Part shown: one piece after another, positions 1 to 9,345 of the stretch
Position numbering within the stretch: position 1 is the stretch's first letter
Layout of the letters: the number at the start of each line of letters is the position of its first letter
Origin: Candidatus Izemoplasmatales bacterium
GTDB taxonomy: Bacteria > Bacillota_I > Bacilli_A > Izemoplasmatales > Hujiaoplasmataceae
NCBI GenBank assembly: GCA_050177605.1
Contig: JBFXGX010000024.1
Coordinates: 1-26,370, forward strand
Length of the DNA: 26,370 nt
Reading direction: 5' to 3'
Notes under the pieces: model-generated
Databases searched by the model: none
What the model was told of the DNA's origin: nothing
The model's input: only the letters and a program-made list of their open reading frames with translations
Made by a program: the position numbers and the translations under genes

Positions 1-18
1 GAATTGTTTGGCACCTTT

Positions 19-27
19 ATTATACCA
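19..27 (-). promoter_or_regulatory. Extended -10 element (TGGTATAAT) for a gene beyond the left edge
   Basis: TGnTATAAT on the minus strand with AT-rich upstream DNA, followed by AAAGGTG. Confidence 0.5.
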
Positions 28-127
28 TGATTCACTATTTATATTTTTTTAAATTATAAAATTTGTTATTTTACCTATATTTCTCGGCCTGATGAATTAT
101 CCAACAACACTCTTCACCAAACGTCAG

Positions 128-154
128 AAAAAAAAAGCAACCGAAATCGGCGCT
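128..154 (-). terminator. Intrinsic terminator after pncA-pncB-lacI'
   Basis: Imperfect GC stem (AGCGCCGATTTCGGTTGC) followed by a T9 tract on the minus strand, directly at the stop codon. Confidence 0.7.
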
Positions 155-830
155 ATTTTACTGTTGAGTTACGAAGAACTAATTCAACGGGTATTTTTCT
201 AACAATATTTCGCTTTACCGTTTTGCCCTGAATCACTGCGAGCAAAATTTTTGCGGCACGTATCGCTATTTCTTCTTTATTTTGACGAATTGTCGATAAT
301 GAAGGCGTATATTGTTTTGCAAAATGAATATCATCAAAACCAATGACACAGATGTCATCTGGTACAATATATCCTTTCGCTTCAATCGCACGGATTACAC
401 CGAACGCAATATCGTCTGAAAAAGCTAAAATAATTTGTGGAATCTCTTTAACGCGCTCTAGCATTCTCGTGGCTGCGTTAAATCCACTGGTATAACCGAA
501 GGATTCTCCCTCTTGAAAATAATGTTCATAGAGCATTGTATGGTGTTCTCTCATAATATGATCAAAAGCACTTAAACGTTCAGAGAACGCTCTTGATGTC
601 AGAGGACCTGTTATACAAGCTATTTTGTTAAAGCCTTTTGAAAACGCATAATCTAATCCAAGTTTGATTCCTTGATAATCATCAGATAGTACTGAATTTA
701 AATTTGGCATAATAATATCGGTGGAAACGGATGGAATATCACTTTCAACTAATTCTTTAATATTTGCATTGTTGATGTTTCCCGAAACAATCAAAACACC
801 ATCTACTTCAACTTGAATTCGGATATTAAA
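153..830 (-). pseudogene. LacI/GalR-family regulator, effector-binding domain only (N-terminal HTH missing)
   Basis: LacI C-terminal motifs: SDDIAFG, VPDDICVIGFDDI, PSLSTIRQ, VELVLRNST. The frame continues upstream of the TTG at 794 as ...EVDGVLIVSG, then runs into pncB and a stop. No HTH and no clear RBS. Confidence 0.7.
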
Positions 831-835
831 TATTA

Positions 836-2287
836 TTATTTTAACGATTTTGTGCTCATTTCTATGATTAGGTCACTTTTTAATTGATAAAGTTTTTCTG
901 AATAGTCGACAATATATTTTTGAGGGTTATTCAAACGAAGAACCTCATCCCACATCAATGCTTTTTGTTCTTCTACATATTTTCTAATTGTAGTAATGGA
1001 AGGAAGATCATTCACTAATTTTCCTTTTGATATTTTCAGTTCTAATAAAGGAATCGCTTCATACTGACTGACATTCTTTTCTTTCCAAGGATAAAGAGGA
1101 TCGAATAATCGATATGGTTTTTCTGTATCAATGACTTCATCATATAAAGTAATGACATCGCCAATTGCTTTCTTCGATAATTTATCGATGAATCGATAGA
1201 CTTGTTTAAAGGAAGGTAGTGTTACTTTTTCTGGATTTTCACTTAATTTAATTTTTGGAATAATCTTACCTTGATCTTCTACTGCAACAAGTTTATAGAC
1301 GCCACCAAAGACGGGACTAGACGCGGAAGTGATAAGTTTTTCACCAATTCCAAAAGAGTCAATTGGTGCACCGTCATCGAGCAAAGAAGTCAGTAAGAAT
1401 TCATCAAGAGAGTTTGATACAGTAATTTTACAATCCTGTAACATCGCATCATCCAGCATCTTTCTTGCTTGTTTTGAAAGATAACTTAAATCACCAGAAT
1501 CTATTCGGATACCGTAATTTTTTATCCCCAGCGGAACTTGAATTTCTTTAAATACTTTGATGGCGTTGGGTATACCACTTTCGAGAACATGATAGGTATC
1601 CACTAGTAATGTCGTTTGATAAGGATATTGTTTGGCATAAGCCAAGAATGCTTCATATTCTGTATCAAACATTTGAATCCATGAATGCGCCATCGTTCCA
1701 AGTGCTGGAACTCCAAATTGATAGTCTGCTTCAACGTTACTGGTGCCATCTACACCACCAATATAGGCTGCGCGAGCCCCATAAACAGATGCATCTTTCC
1801 CATGTGCTCTTCTTGTCCCAAATTCGAGGATTTTCTTTTCCTTCGCAACAAACTTCATTCTTGAAGCCTTGGTCGCAATCAGCGATTGATGGTTCACGGT
1901 TAATAATAAGAATGACTCAACGAGCTGTGCTTCAATGAGTGGTGCTTTCACAGTTAAAATCGGTTCATAAGGAAAGCAGAGTGTTCCTTCTTTCATCGCA
2001 TACAACTCTCCGGTAAAAGAAAATGTTGATAAGTATTCAAGAAACAATTCACTAAATAGTTGTTTAGATCTTAAAAACGCTATTTCTTCTTTTGTAAAAG
2101 ATAATTTTGTTAAATAGTTAATTACTTGTTCGAGCCCACTTGACACTACATATCCGCCGTGATCTGGAATCGTTCGATAAAACAAATCGAAGTATACGAT
2201 TTTTTCTTCGAATCCTTGTTCAAGATAACCACCAGCCATCGTTAACTCGTAAAAATCTTGAACCAATGCATAAGTCGATTGTTCCAA
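836..2287 (-). CDS. pncB: Nicotinate phosphoribosyltransferase
   Basis: DFYELTM, EFGTRRAH, GTMAHSW, LLVDTY and GIRIDSGDL motifs; TTG start with GAGGTGA RBS. Confidence 0.96.
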   Translation of the reverse strand: MEQSTYALVQDFYELTMAGGYLEQGFEEKIVYFDLFYRTIPDHGGYVVSSGLEQVINYLTKLSFTKEEIAFLRSKQLFSELFLEYLSTFSFTGELYAMKEGTLCFPYEPILTVKAPLIEAQLVESFLLLTVNHQSLIATKASRMKFVAKEKKILEFGTRRAHGKDASVYGARAAYIGGVDGTSNVEADYQFGVPALGTMAHSWIQMFDTEYEAFLAYAKQYPYQTTLLVDTYHVLESGIPNAIKVFKEIQVPLGIKNYGIRIDSGDLSYLSKQARKMLDDAMLQDCKITVSNSLDEFLLTSLLDDGAPIDSFGIGEKLITSASSPVFGGVYKLVAVEDQGKIIPKIKLSENPEKVTLPSFKQVYRFIDKLSKKAIGDVITLYDEVIDTEKPYRLFDPLYPWKEKNVSQYEAIPLLELKISKGKLVNDLPSITTIRKYVEEQKALMWDEVLRLNNPQKYIVDYSEKLYQLKSDLIIEMSTKSLK

Positions 2288-2809
2288 CTAAATCACCTCT
2301 ATCTGCATACCTTTCATGACTTCCAAAGACAAATTATTCAAGTTTGAATCATAACTATCGGTTAATTCATGGTTTACGATAATTCTGGCGTTTGGTAAAG
2401 CCGATTTCACCATAACTGCATTGGATATTACACAAATATTGGATACAAGACCACATAGTTCTACTTCGTCGTAGGGATGAGTACTTAAATAATTAGCTAA
2501 TTCTAGGGAAGGGAACGTTGGTTTATAAAATACTTTATTTGCTTTATCTAGAAAATTGGCCACTGTACCAAACAGTTGATGTCCAAATGACCCACGAAGA
2601 CAGTGCTCTACTGGAAGATTCTTTCCTTCATACGTTTCTAGGTAGTTACTTTCATGTGTATCAAATGTAAAATAAAGATCTTCATGTCGCTGTATAGCTT
2701 CTTCAATTCTGTTATGAATTCTCGTATCTAAAAGAGAAGCATTTTCAAAGCCTAGACTTCCAGACACAAAATCATTTTGAAAATCGATAACGATTAGTGC
2801 TTTTTTCAT
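2288..2809 (-). CDS. pncA: Nicotinamidase (isochorismatase-family cysteine hydrolase)
   Basis: IDFQNDF, DTH, EHC, K, GLVSNICV catalytic pattern; abuts pncB. Confidence 0.85.
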   Translation of the reverse strand: MKKALIVIDFQNDFVSGSLGFENASLLDTRIHNRIEEAIQRHEDLYFTFDTHESNYLETYEGKNLPVEHCLRGSFGHQLFGTVANFLDKANKVFYKPTFPSLELANYLSTHPYDEVELCGLVSNICVISNAVMVKSALPNARIIVNHELTDSYDSNLNNLSLEVMKGMQIEVI

Positions 2810-2827
2810 CTTTTCACCTCATCCATT

Positions 2828-2836
2828 ATTATATCA
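2828..2836 (-). promoter_or_regulatory. Extended -10 promoter of pncA-pncB
   Basis: TGATATAAT just upstream of the GAGGTGA RBS. Confidence 0.7.
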
Positions 2837-2852
2837 CAGGTAAAACTGCGAA

Positions 2853-2883
2853 TAAAAAAAGAAACCTCAAAAATTTGAGGTTT
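2853..2883 (-). terminator. Intrinsic terminator of the ldh-vor-ptb-buk operon
   Basis: Inverted repeat AAACCTCAAA/TTTGAGGTTT plus a T7 tract on the minus strand, at the buk stop. Confidence 0.8.
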
Positions 2884-3952
2884 AATAACTTTGCAGTTTT
2901 TCTTCTTTATTTAATACTGATAATGTTCCTTCCGCAAGAGCACGCATTTCATCCTCACCTGGATACACTGCAATCGGAGAAATCTGCGCTAAATATTCTT
3001 TGATATATTCAACGAACGTTTTGTTATAGGCAAGACCACCTGTAATGACAATCGCATCGATATTTCCACCTGCCACAAAATACAAACTACCGATTTCTTT
3101 GACAACATTATAAGCCATAGCTTTGAAGTAAAATGCTGCTTCTTCATTGCCACCTTTGATCATTTTATCAATTTCTAATCCGCTTGACGTGCCCAGGTAG
3201 GAATAGAGTCCACCTTTGCCGACTAGCATTTTTTTAACTTCTTCTTTTGTGTAATTACCAGAGAAACAAATGTCGATTAGCGGAAAACTAGGTACTTGCC
3301 CACATCTTTCAGGTGAAAACGGACCATCTCCGCCGAGCGCATTATTCACATCGACGACTTTCCCGTTGATATGAAGGCCAACCGATACACCACCACCTAA
3401 ATGGCAGACAATGATATTCATCTCTTCATATTTTTTGCCGACTAACTTTGCGTGTCTTTTCGCAATTGCCTTCTGATTTAAAACGTGATAGACAGAAGTT
3501 CTTTCAACACCTTTTAGTCCAGATACTCTAGCAATATCCCAGATTTCATCTACGGAGACTGGATTGACAATATATGCGCTTCTGTTGAGCGGATGCGCAA
3601 GACTATAAGCGATGAGTGCTCCTAAGTTAGAAGCATGAGATCCATATTTACATGATCTTAAATCATCTAACATTTGATCGGTTACGAGATAGGTTCCGCC
3701 TTGTTTTAAAGCTTTTAGCATTCCACCTCTTCCGACAAATACATCAATATCCTCGACTTTATAACGATGTTCATGTAAAAAATCTAAAATGATGTTTTTT
3801 CGAAAGTCGAGTTGATCAATAATGGTCGGAAACTGATTTAGGTCCGCTGTATCATGTTTTAATACCGTTTCTTGGATTAATTTATCATTTACAAAAATAG
3901 CTACTTTGGTCGAAGTCGAGCCAGGATTAATGACGAGAAGCAAGTATTCCAT
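2882..3952 (-). CDS. buk: Butyrate / branched-chain carboxylate kinase
   Basis: INPGSTSTK, GRGG, HASNLG, HLGGGVSV, GPFSPER, TGGLA and YPGEDEM motifs. Confidence 0.96.
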   Translation of the reverse strand: MEYLLLVINPGSTSTKVAIFVNDKLIQETVLKHDTADLNQFPTIIDQLDFRKNIILDFLHEHRYKVEDIDVFVGRGGMLKALKQGGTYLVTDQMLDDLRSCKYGSHASNLGALIAYSLAHPLNRSAYIVNPVSVDEIWDIARVSGLKGVERTSVYHVLNQKAIAKRHAKLVGKKYEEMNIIVCHLGGGVSVGLHINGKVVDVNNALGGDGPFSPERCGQVPSFPLIDICFSGNYTKEEVKKMLVGKGGLYSYLGTSSGLEIDKMIKGGNEEAAFYFKAMAYNVVKEIGSLYFVAGGNIDAIVITGGLAYNKTFVEYIKEYLAQISPIAVYPGEDEMRALAEGTLSVLNKEEKLQSY

Positions 3953-4835
3953 CTAAGTTCACCACCGCTAATAAAATTGAGTTTAGTTTCGCATTCATCG
4001 TGTCCGCACGAGAAGTTACGATAATTGGAACTTTCGCTCCCATAACAATACCTGCAGAATCCCCTTTTGCAAGAAATACAGCCGTTTTGTAAAAGATATT
4101 TCCACCATCTAAATTAGGAAATACTAGCACATCTGCTAAACCGGCAACAGGACTTTCAATATTTTTATGTTTCACAGATTCAATGGAAACAAGATTATCG
4201 ATTGCAAATGGACCGTCAATCAAGAACGATACTTGTTTATCTTTAAAATAATCTACGATTTCTTTTGCATCCACAGTTGATTTGATTTTCGGATTTACTT
4301 TTTCAACTGAAGAAACGATTCCAATCTTTGGTTCATCGTATCCTAACGACTTCAGTAAATCAGCAGCATTTTCAACCAACCCGATTTTTTCTAGAACAGT
4401 AGGTTCAATCATCATCGCGCCATCTGTTGCGAATAATACACGATTCATCCCTGGAACACTGACAAGACCAATGTGAGATAATAAGCTCTTGGCTTTTATG
4501 CCATACTCATTACTTACAACAGCTTTCAGCAAATATTTGGTATCAATTAAGCCTTTCATAATAATGTCAGCTTTTCCTTGATTCACAAGATCCATTGCTA
4601 ATTTTGGTGCTTCAATCACATCTGTATTATGAATAACTGTTGCCTCAATGTTATATTGATGACATAAATCCTCAATCACTGGTTGATCACCAATTAATAT
4701 CGGATTGATCACGCCAAAATTCACTGCTTTCGCTACAGCATCAATGACATACTCGTCATGAGCAAATACGACAACAAGATTATATTTTTTGGATTTCTTT
4801 ACAAGGTTTTTTAGATCATCAACATGTTTAAGCAT
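3927..4835 (-). CDS. ptb: Phosphate butyryltransferase / branched-chain phosphotransacylase
   Basis: MKGLIDT, DGPFAIDN, GNIFYK, GAKVPIIVTSRAD; overlaps buk. Confidence 0.92.
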   Translation of the reverse strand: MLKHVDDLKNLVKKSKKYNLVVVFAHDEYVIDAVAKAVNFGVINPILIGDQPVIEDLCHQYNIEATVIHNTDVIEAPKLAMDLVNQGKADIIMKGLIDTKYLLKAVVSNEYGIKAKSLLSHIGLVSVPGMNRVLFATDGAMMIEPTVLEKIGLVENAADLLKSLGYDEPKIGIVSSVEKVNPKIKSTVDAKEIVDYFKDKQVSFLIDGPFAIDNLVSIESVKHKNIESPVAGLADVLVFPNLDGGNIFYKTAVFLAKGDSAGIVMGAKVPIIVTSRADTMNAKLNSILLAVVNLDGILASRH

Positions 4836-5391
4836 AGGTCACCCCAGAATCAAGGATATATTGTCTTCCTTTCTCGAGGGCCTCTTTATTGATGTCTAAC
4901 ATATGTGCTTTTCTTTCACCTAGTAGCTTTGTCAGCACTTTGATAAGCGTAGATTCTTCAAATAATCCCGTTAGTTCAAGATATGCACCCATCATGACCA
5001 CATTGGCAACTTGCATACTGCCAAGGTCATTCGCGATGTCATTGATAGGGACACCGATGCAGACTGCTTGATCTGAAATGACTTGGTCTTTTATTAAAGA
5101 CGAATTATATAAAACCAATCCGCCATCTTTCATTTTTGGTTTGAATTTATCTAATGATGGTGCGTTAAATGCAACTAAATGATTTGCTTTTTGAAAGACT
5201 GGAGAGTTAATTGTTTTTTTAGATACAATGACACTACAGTTCGCAGTTCCCCCTCTTGTTTCTGGTCCATATGATGGAAACCATAAGCCATTAAGGTCTT
5301 CGATTGTTGCGCTATAAGCAAGAAGTTGTCCAAAGAGCATCACTCCTTGACCACCAAATCCTGCTACTTTAATATTGACTGTATCATACAT
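4828..5391 (-). CDS. 2-oxoacid:ferredoxin oxidoreductase gamma subunit
   Basis: AGFGGQG and PSYGPETRGG motifs; start moved to ATG 5391 (MYDTV), which overlaps the beta-subunit stop. Confidence 0.92.
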   Translation of the reverse strand: MYDTVNIKVAGFGGQGVMLFGQLLAYSATIEDLNGLWFPSYGPETRGGTANCSVIVSKKTINSPVFQKANHLVAFNAPSLDKFKPKMKDGGLVLYNSSLIKDQVISDQAVCIGVPINDIANDLGSMQVANVVMMGAYLELTGLFEESTLIKVLTKLLGERKAHMLDINKEALEKGRQYILDSGVTYA

Positions 5392-6133
5392 TTTCTTCAC
5401 CCGCATCCTTGAATACACCAAGAGGATAAACTGGTGTCATATTTGTTTCAACCCATTTTAGAGCATCAATCGGAGTCATACCCCAGTTGACTGGGCAAGT
5501 GGATAATACTTCGATGAGTGTGAATCCACGTTTTTCTTTTTGATATGTAAAAGCTTTTTTAATCGCTTTTTTTGCTTTTATTAATTGTTTTGGATTGGTA
5601 ACACTTACGCGTTCAAGATAAGCGACACCATCAATTTGTGAAAAGATTTCACTAATTTTAATGGGTCCTCCTGCAAGTTCTTTGTTTCTGCCATCTTGAG
5701 AAGTCGTCGTACGTTGCCCTAAAAGCGTCGTTGGAGCCATTTGGCCACCAGTCATACCATAAATCGCATTATTAATAAATATAACGGTAATGTTTTCGCC
5801 TCGATTAGCTGCATGAATGGTTTCAGCGATACCAATCGATGCTAAGTCGCCATCTCCTTGATACGTAAAGACGATATTATTAGGACGAACACGTTTAATT
5901 CCCGTTGCTTCGGCACAAGCTCTACCGTGTGGGGCTTGTTGCATATCGGTATTAAAGAATTCATAACTGAATACGCTACATCCAACGCTTGCTACACCAA
6001 TTGCATCTTCGACTAAACCAAGTTCACTTAAAGATTCTGCGACAAGTTTATGAATAATACCGTGTGTACAACCAGGACAGTAAGATAATTTTTTATCGGT
6101 TAGTCCAGATGATTTTTTATACTTAATTTCCAT
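5384..6133 (-). CDS. 2-oxoisovalerate:ferredoxin oxidoreductase TPP-binding (beta-type) subunit
   Basis: YCPGCTHG, VGCS, HGRA, GDGD..NN TPP motif, YGMTGGQMAPTT. Confidence 0.93.
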   Translation of the reverse strand: MEIKYKKSSGLTDKKLSYCPGCTHGIIHKLVAESLSELGLVEDAIGVASVGCSVFSYEFFNTDMQQAPHGRACAEATGIKRVRPNNIVFTYQGDGDLASIGIAETIHAANRGENITVIFINNAIYGMTGGQMAPTTLLGQRTTTSQDGRNKELAGGPIKISEIFSQIDGVAYLERVSVTNPKQLIKAKKAIKKAFTYQKEKRGFTLIEVLSTCPVNWGMTPIDALKWVETNMTPVYPLGVFKDAGEENV

Positions 6134-7204
6134 CTATTCCACCACCTTATCTTTGAAATTCTTAATCGCGTCAACAACTTCTTCTGGTTCTGGTACGATA
6201 CCACCTACTCTGCCATAGAAACCAACATCAAAACGCCCTTTATTTGCGATTTGTACATCATCAAGCATTTGGCCCATACTCATTTCAACACAAAGGATAC
6301 CTTTGGTTGTCGAAGGGATTAAATCAAATGCTTTTTTAGGATATGGCCATAATGTAATCGGACGAATCATTCCGACTTCAATTCCATCTTCTTTTAACAT
6401 TTCAATCGCTGATCGACAGATTCTTGCCATCGTTCCATAAGCAACGATTACATATTCAGGATTTTCCATATTGATTAACTCGTAAGAAGTTTCGTTATTT
6501 TTAATTTGAAGGTACTTCTTTTGTAATTCAATATTATGATTTTCAAGTTCATTTGGATCTAAAAATAAAGAGTTGATAATATTTCTTGTTCCAGGATGAT
6601 TTCTTGTTCCTGTTGTTGCCCAATCTTTTTCAGGTAAAAATCTTTTTTTTATAGGACGATCAAAATCGACAGATTCCATCATTTGACCAATTAATCCATC
6701 GACAAGCACCATCACTGGATTGCGATAATAATCGGCAATTTCAAAGGATTCTTTAATTGTATCAATCGTTTCTTGAATCGTTTCTGGTGCGAAAACAATT
6801 ACTTGATAATCTCCATTTCCGCCGCCTCTTGTTGCTTGATAATAATCAGCTTGAGAAGGTTGAATTCCACCAAGTCCTGGTCCGCCACGCATTACACTAA
6901 CAATGAGACAAGGTAGTTCAGCGCCAGCGATATAAGTAATTCCTTCTTGTTTTAAAGCAATTCCAGGTGAACTAGAACTAGTCATAACTCTTGCTCCTGC
7001 ACCAGCAGCGCCATAAACCATGTTAATTGCTGCTACTTCAGATTCAGCTTGAACGAATACTTTCCCAGCGGCGAGTAGATGTTTTGATAAATATTCTGGA
7101 ACTTCATTTTGAGGGGTTATTGGGTAACCAAAGAATGCATCTACGCCGCCTTTTAAAGCAGCTAAAGCAATAGCTTCGTTCCCTTTCATTAATACTTTAG
7201 CCAT
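6134..7204 (-). CDS. vorB: 3-methyl-2-oxobutanoate dehydrogenase (ferredoxin) alpha-type subunit
   Basis: KGNEA, GYPITPQ, QAESEVAA, SSSSPG, RGGPGLG. Confidence 0.9.
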   Translation of the reverse strand: MAKVLMKGNEAIALAALKGGVDAFFGYPITPQNEVPEYLSKHLLAAGKVFVQAESEVAAINMVYGAAGAGARVMTSSSSPGIALKQEGITYIAGAELPCLIVSVMRGGPGLGGIQPSQADYYQATRGGGNGDYQVIVFAPETIQETIDTIKESFEIADYYRNPVMVLVDGLIGQMMESVDFDRPIKKRFLPEKDWATTGTRNHPGTRNIINSLFLDPNELENHNIELQKKYLQIKNNETSYELINMENPEYVIVAYGTMARICRSAIEMLKEDGIEVGMIRPITLWPYPKKAFDLIPSTTKGILCVEMSMGQMLDDVQIANKGRFDVGFYGRVGGIVPEPEEVVDAIKNFKDKVVE

Positions 7205-7422
7205 TATTTATCTACCTCCACTGTGATGACACTATCTGGACACATCATTGCACAAAATGCACAACCGATACATTTTTCAGGTTCACTTACCTTGATGATG
7301 TTATAGCCAGACTTATTGATATCAGCTTTGTCTTGATAAAGAATATGCTGTGGGCAAAATTCAACACATAGTGAACAGCCTTTGCAAACTTCTCTTGCAA
7401 ATGTTACTTTTCCTTTTGGCAT
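7204..7422 (-). CDS. 2x[4Fe-4S] ferredoxin, delta subunit of the oxidoreductase
   Basis: Two CxxCxxCxxxCP motifs; AAGGAGG RBS. Confidence 0.92.
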   Translation of the reverse strand: MPKGKVTFAREVCKGCSLCVEFCPQHILYQDKADINKSGYNIIKVSEPEKCIGCAFCAMMCPDSVITVEVDK

Positions 7423-7435
7423 ATTGTCCTCCTTA

Positions 7436-8080
7436 TTAATACCATTTTTTTCTTAAATAAATCGTAAGTGGGAGTGTTTCTCCCTCGTAGTGATACATTG
7501 GATTCAGAAGTCTTTTTTCAATACAGGTATATTTTATCGGTAAGCCCGTGTTCTTCGCAACAGCTTTTACAATTTTTTCCCCTTCTAAAACGGTTTCATT
7601 CGTCGTTTCTTTCAGTAGATTTGTGTTATTAATTAATCCAGTTACTTTTCTTCCACCCATCGACTCAATTTTACGAATTAAATCTTCAATTTTTTCAACG
7701 TTATCAGTTTCGGGACGGAAAATATTGATGGCTAAAAGCAAGTCTATTTCTTCTTCGAAAGATTCAAATTGACGTAATAATTTTGCGCCAATATCATTTC
7801 CACCAAGATCATATATTGCAGATGTACTTTGCTCAAAAAAAGGAGCGAATACTTCACCAGAGATATAGGGTAAGTCAGTGTATTTTGATTTTTCTTTTCC
7901 TGAAGATAAAACTTGTATATGATGTTCTTTTAATAATTCTTCCGTTTCTCTTGAACGAAAATAAGGGTTAATTATATCTAAATCAATGACGAATGGTATC
8001 TGTTTTAAAATGGCAAGATTGATCGCAACTTCCGTTTTTCCTGAGCCGTAATATCCTGTAATGAACGTGATTCGATTCAT
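7436..8080 (-). CDS. P-loop NTPase (MinD/ParA/CobQ-like), function unknown
   Basis: GYYGSGKTE Walker A, DLDIINPYFRSR, DLGG; TAATG-coupled to ldh. Confidence 0.8.
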   Translation of the reverse strand: MNRITFITGYYGSGKTEVAINLAILKQIPFVIDLDIINPYFRSRETEELLKEHHIQVLSSGKEKSKYTDLPYISGEVFAPFFEQSTSAIYDLGGNDIGAKLLRQFESFEEEIDLLLAINIFRPETDNVEKIEDLIRKIESMGGRKVTGLINNTNLLKETTNETVLEGEKIVKAVAKNTGLPIKYTCIEKRLLNPMYHYEGETLPLTIYLRKKWY

Positions 8081-9150
8081 TATCTTTTGATATAATTTGA
8101 ATGTAATTTATTAATTGTTTCAATACGGTTTTTAGCGAATACTTTGGCTGCAGCGTGTGTTGAAATGTCTTCTTCTTTTGCGATTTGGAAAATATCGAGT
8201 AAGCGATCATAGATCTTTTCGATGTCACGTACTGCTTTTTCTTTTACGTAGTTGGATAACTCATGATAAACATTTATAAGTCCACCAGCATTAATGACAA
8301 AGTCAGGAGCGTATAAAATGTCTCTTTCTTTAATCATCATACCATGTTTTTCTTCGTCAGCTAATACATTATTTGCAGAACCAGCAATGACTTTTGCTTT
8401 AATTTGAGGAATGGTATCATCATTTAATTGCGCACCTAAAGCACAAGGACTGAAAACATCTACATCAAGGGAGAAGATGTCGTCTGGAGATACAAACTCA
8501 ACATTTGGTAATTCTTTTTGCATTCTTTGAATATGAGAAGGATTAATTTCTGTAAAATAGATTTTTTTTGCTTTGGCTTCAACAAGATATTTCACTAAAT
8601 AATAACCAGTTTGACCAGCACCTTGTATTGCAAATGAATATTTAGAAATGTCATCATCACCAAATTTTTCTTGTAATGATGCACGAATACCATGGAAAAC
8701 ACCTAATGCAGTGAGTGGAGATGGATTTCCACTTTTACCTTCTAGCCCAACAACGTAATCCGTTTCCATATGAACATAGTCCATATCTTTCGTTGATGTA
8801 TTGACATCTTCAGCCGTAATATAACGACCATTTAAACTTTGTACGTAACGACCTAATGCACGGAAATATGCTTCGCTTTTCACTTTGGATGCGTCACCGA
8901 TTAAAACTGTCTTACCGCCACCTAAGTTTAATCCAGCTGCTGCTGCTTTGTACGTCATACCACGTGCAAGTCTTAATGCATCTAATACTGCATCTTCTTC
9001 GGATGCATAGTTCCAAAGTCTTGTTCCTCCAAGTGCAGGACCAAGTGTTGTGTTGTGAATACAAGTAACTCCTTTTAAGCCCGTTGTCTTGTCATAGAAG
9101 TAAACAATTTGTTCGTAACCGTGTTTTTCCATGTAATCAAATTTATTCAT
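8080..9150 (-). CDS. ldh: Leucine (branched-chain amino acid) dehydrogenase, Glu/Leu/Phe/Val family
   Basis: LGPALGGTR, GMTYK, LGGGK, TAEDV, PCALG, GSANN, PDFVINAGG; GGAGG RBS. Confidence 0.93.
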   Translation of the reverse strand: MNKFDYMEKHGYEQIVYFYDKTTGLKGVTCIHNTTLGPALGGTRLWNYASEEDAVLDALRLARGMTYKAAAAGLNLGGGKTVLIGDASKVKSEAYFRALGRYVQSLNGRYITAEDVNTSTKDMDYVHMETDYVVGLEGKSGNPSPLTALGVFHGIRASLQEKFGDDDISKYSFAIQGAGQTGYYLVKYLVEAKAKKIYFTEINPSHIQRMQKELPNVEFVSPDDIFSLDVDVFSPCALGAQLNDDTIPQIKAKVIAGSANNVLADEEKHGMMIKERDILYAPDFVINAGGLINVYHELSNYVKEKAVRDIEKIYDRLLDIFQIAKEEDISTHAAAKVFAKNRIETINKLHSNYIKR

Positions 9151-9190
9151 TTTTTCCTCCTTAAAAATAGTACGTTTCTAGTTTATTATT

Positions 9191-9204
9191 AGAAAACGCT
9201 TACA
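9191..9204 (-). promoter_or_regulatory. cre-like LacI/CcpA-family operator TGTAAGCGTTTTCT
   Basis: Matches the TGWAANCGNTNWCA consensus at 13/14 and overlaps the predicted transcription start. Confidence 0.7.
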
Positions 9205-9209
9205 TCAAC

Positions 9210-9218
9210 ATTATATCA
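9210..9218 (-). promoter_or_regulatory. Extended -10 promoter of the ldh operon
   Basis: TGATATAAT. Confidence 0.75.
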
Positions 9219-9264
9219 TTATCCGCCTTAAAACACAAAGAAAATTATCAGATTTTTTGAAAAT

Positions 9265-9301
9265 AAAAAAAGCCGAAAAATCTTTAAATCTCGGCTTTTT
9301 T
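9265..9301. terminator. Intrinsic terminator ending the proline-oxidation operon (potentially bidirectional)
   Basis: AAAAAAGCCGA...TCGGCTTTTTT inverted repeat with A/T tails. Confidence 0.85.
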
Positions 9302-9345
9302 AGTCCTTTATAATGATAAAGTAGTAGCAACCCAAAAGTGGAAAA

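Noticed and set aside
89..146. CTGATGA...GAAA resembling a hammerhead ribozyme core
   Set aside because: No complementary stem II between the motifs; the GAAA candidates belong to the terminator.
2810..2860. NrtR/NiaR operator or NAD riboswitch upstream of pncA
   Set aside because: The leader is very short and no convincing palindrome or structure is visible.
6580..6611. Direct repeat ATTTCTTGTTCC x2
   Set aside because: It lies in coding sequence (GTRN-HP-GTRN) within vorB; there is no array or spacer structure.
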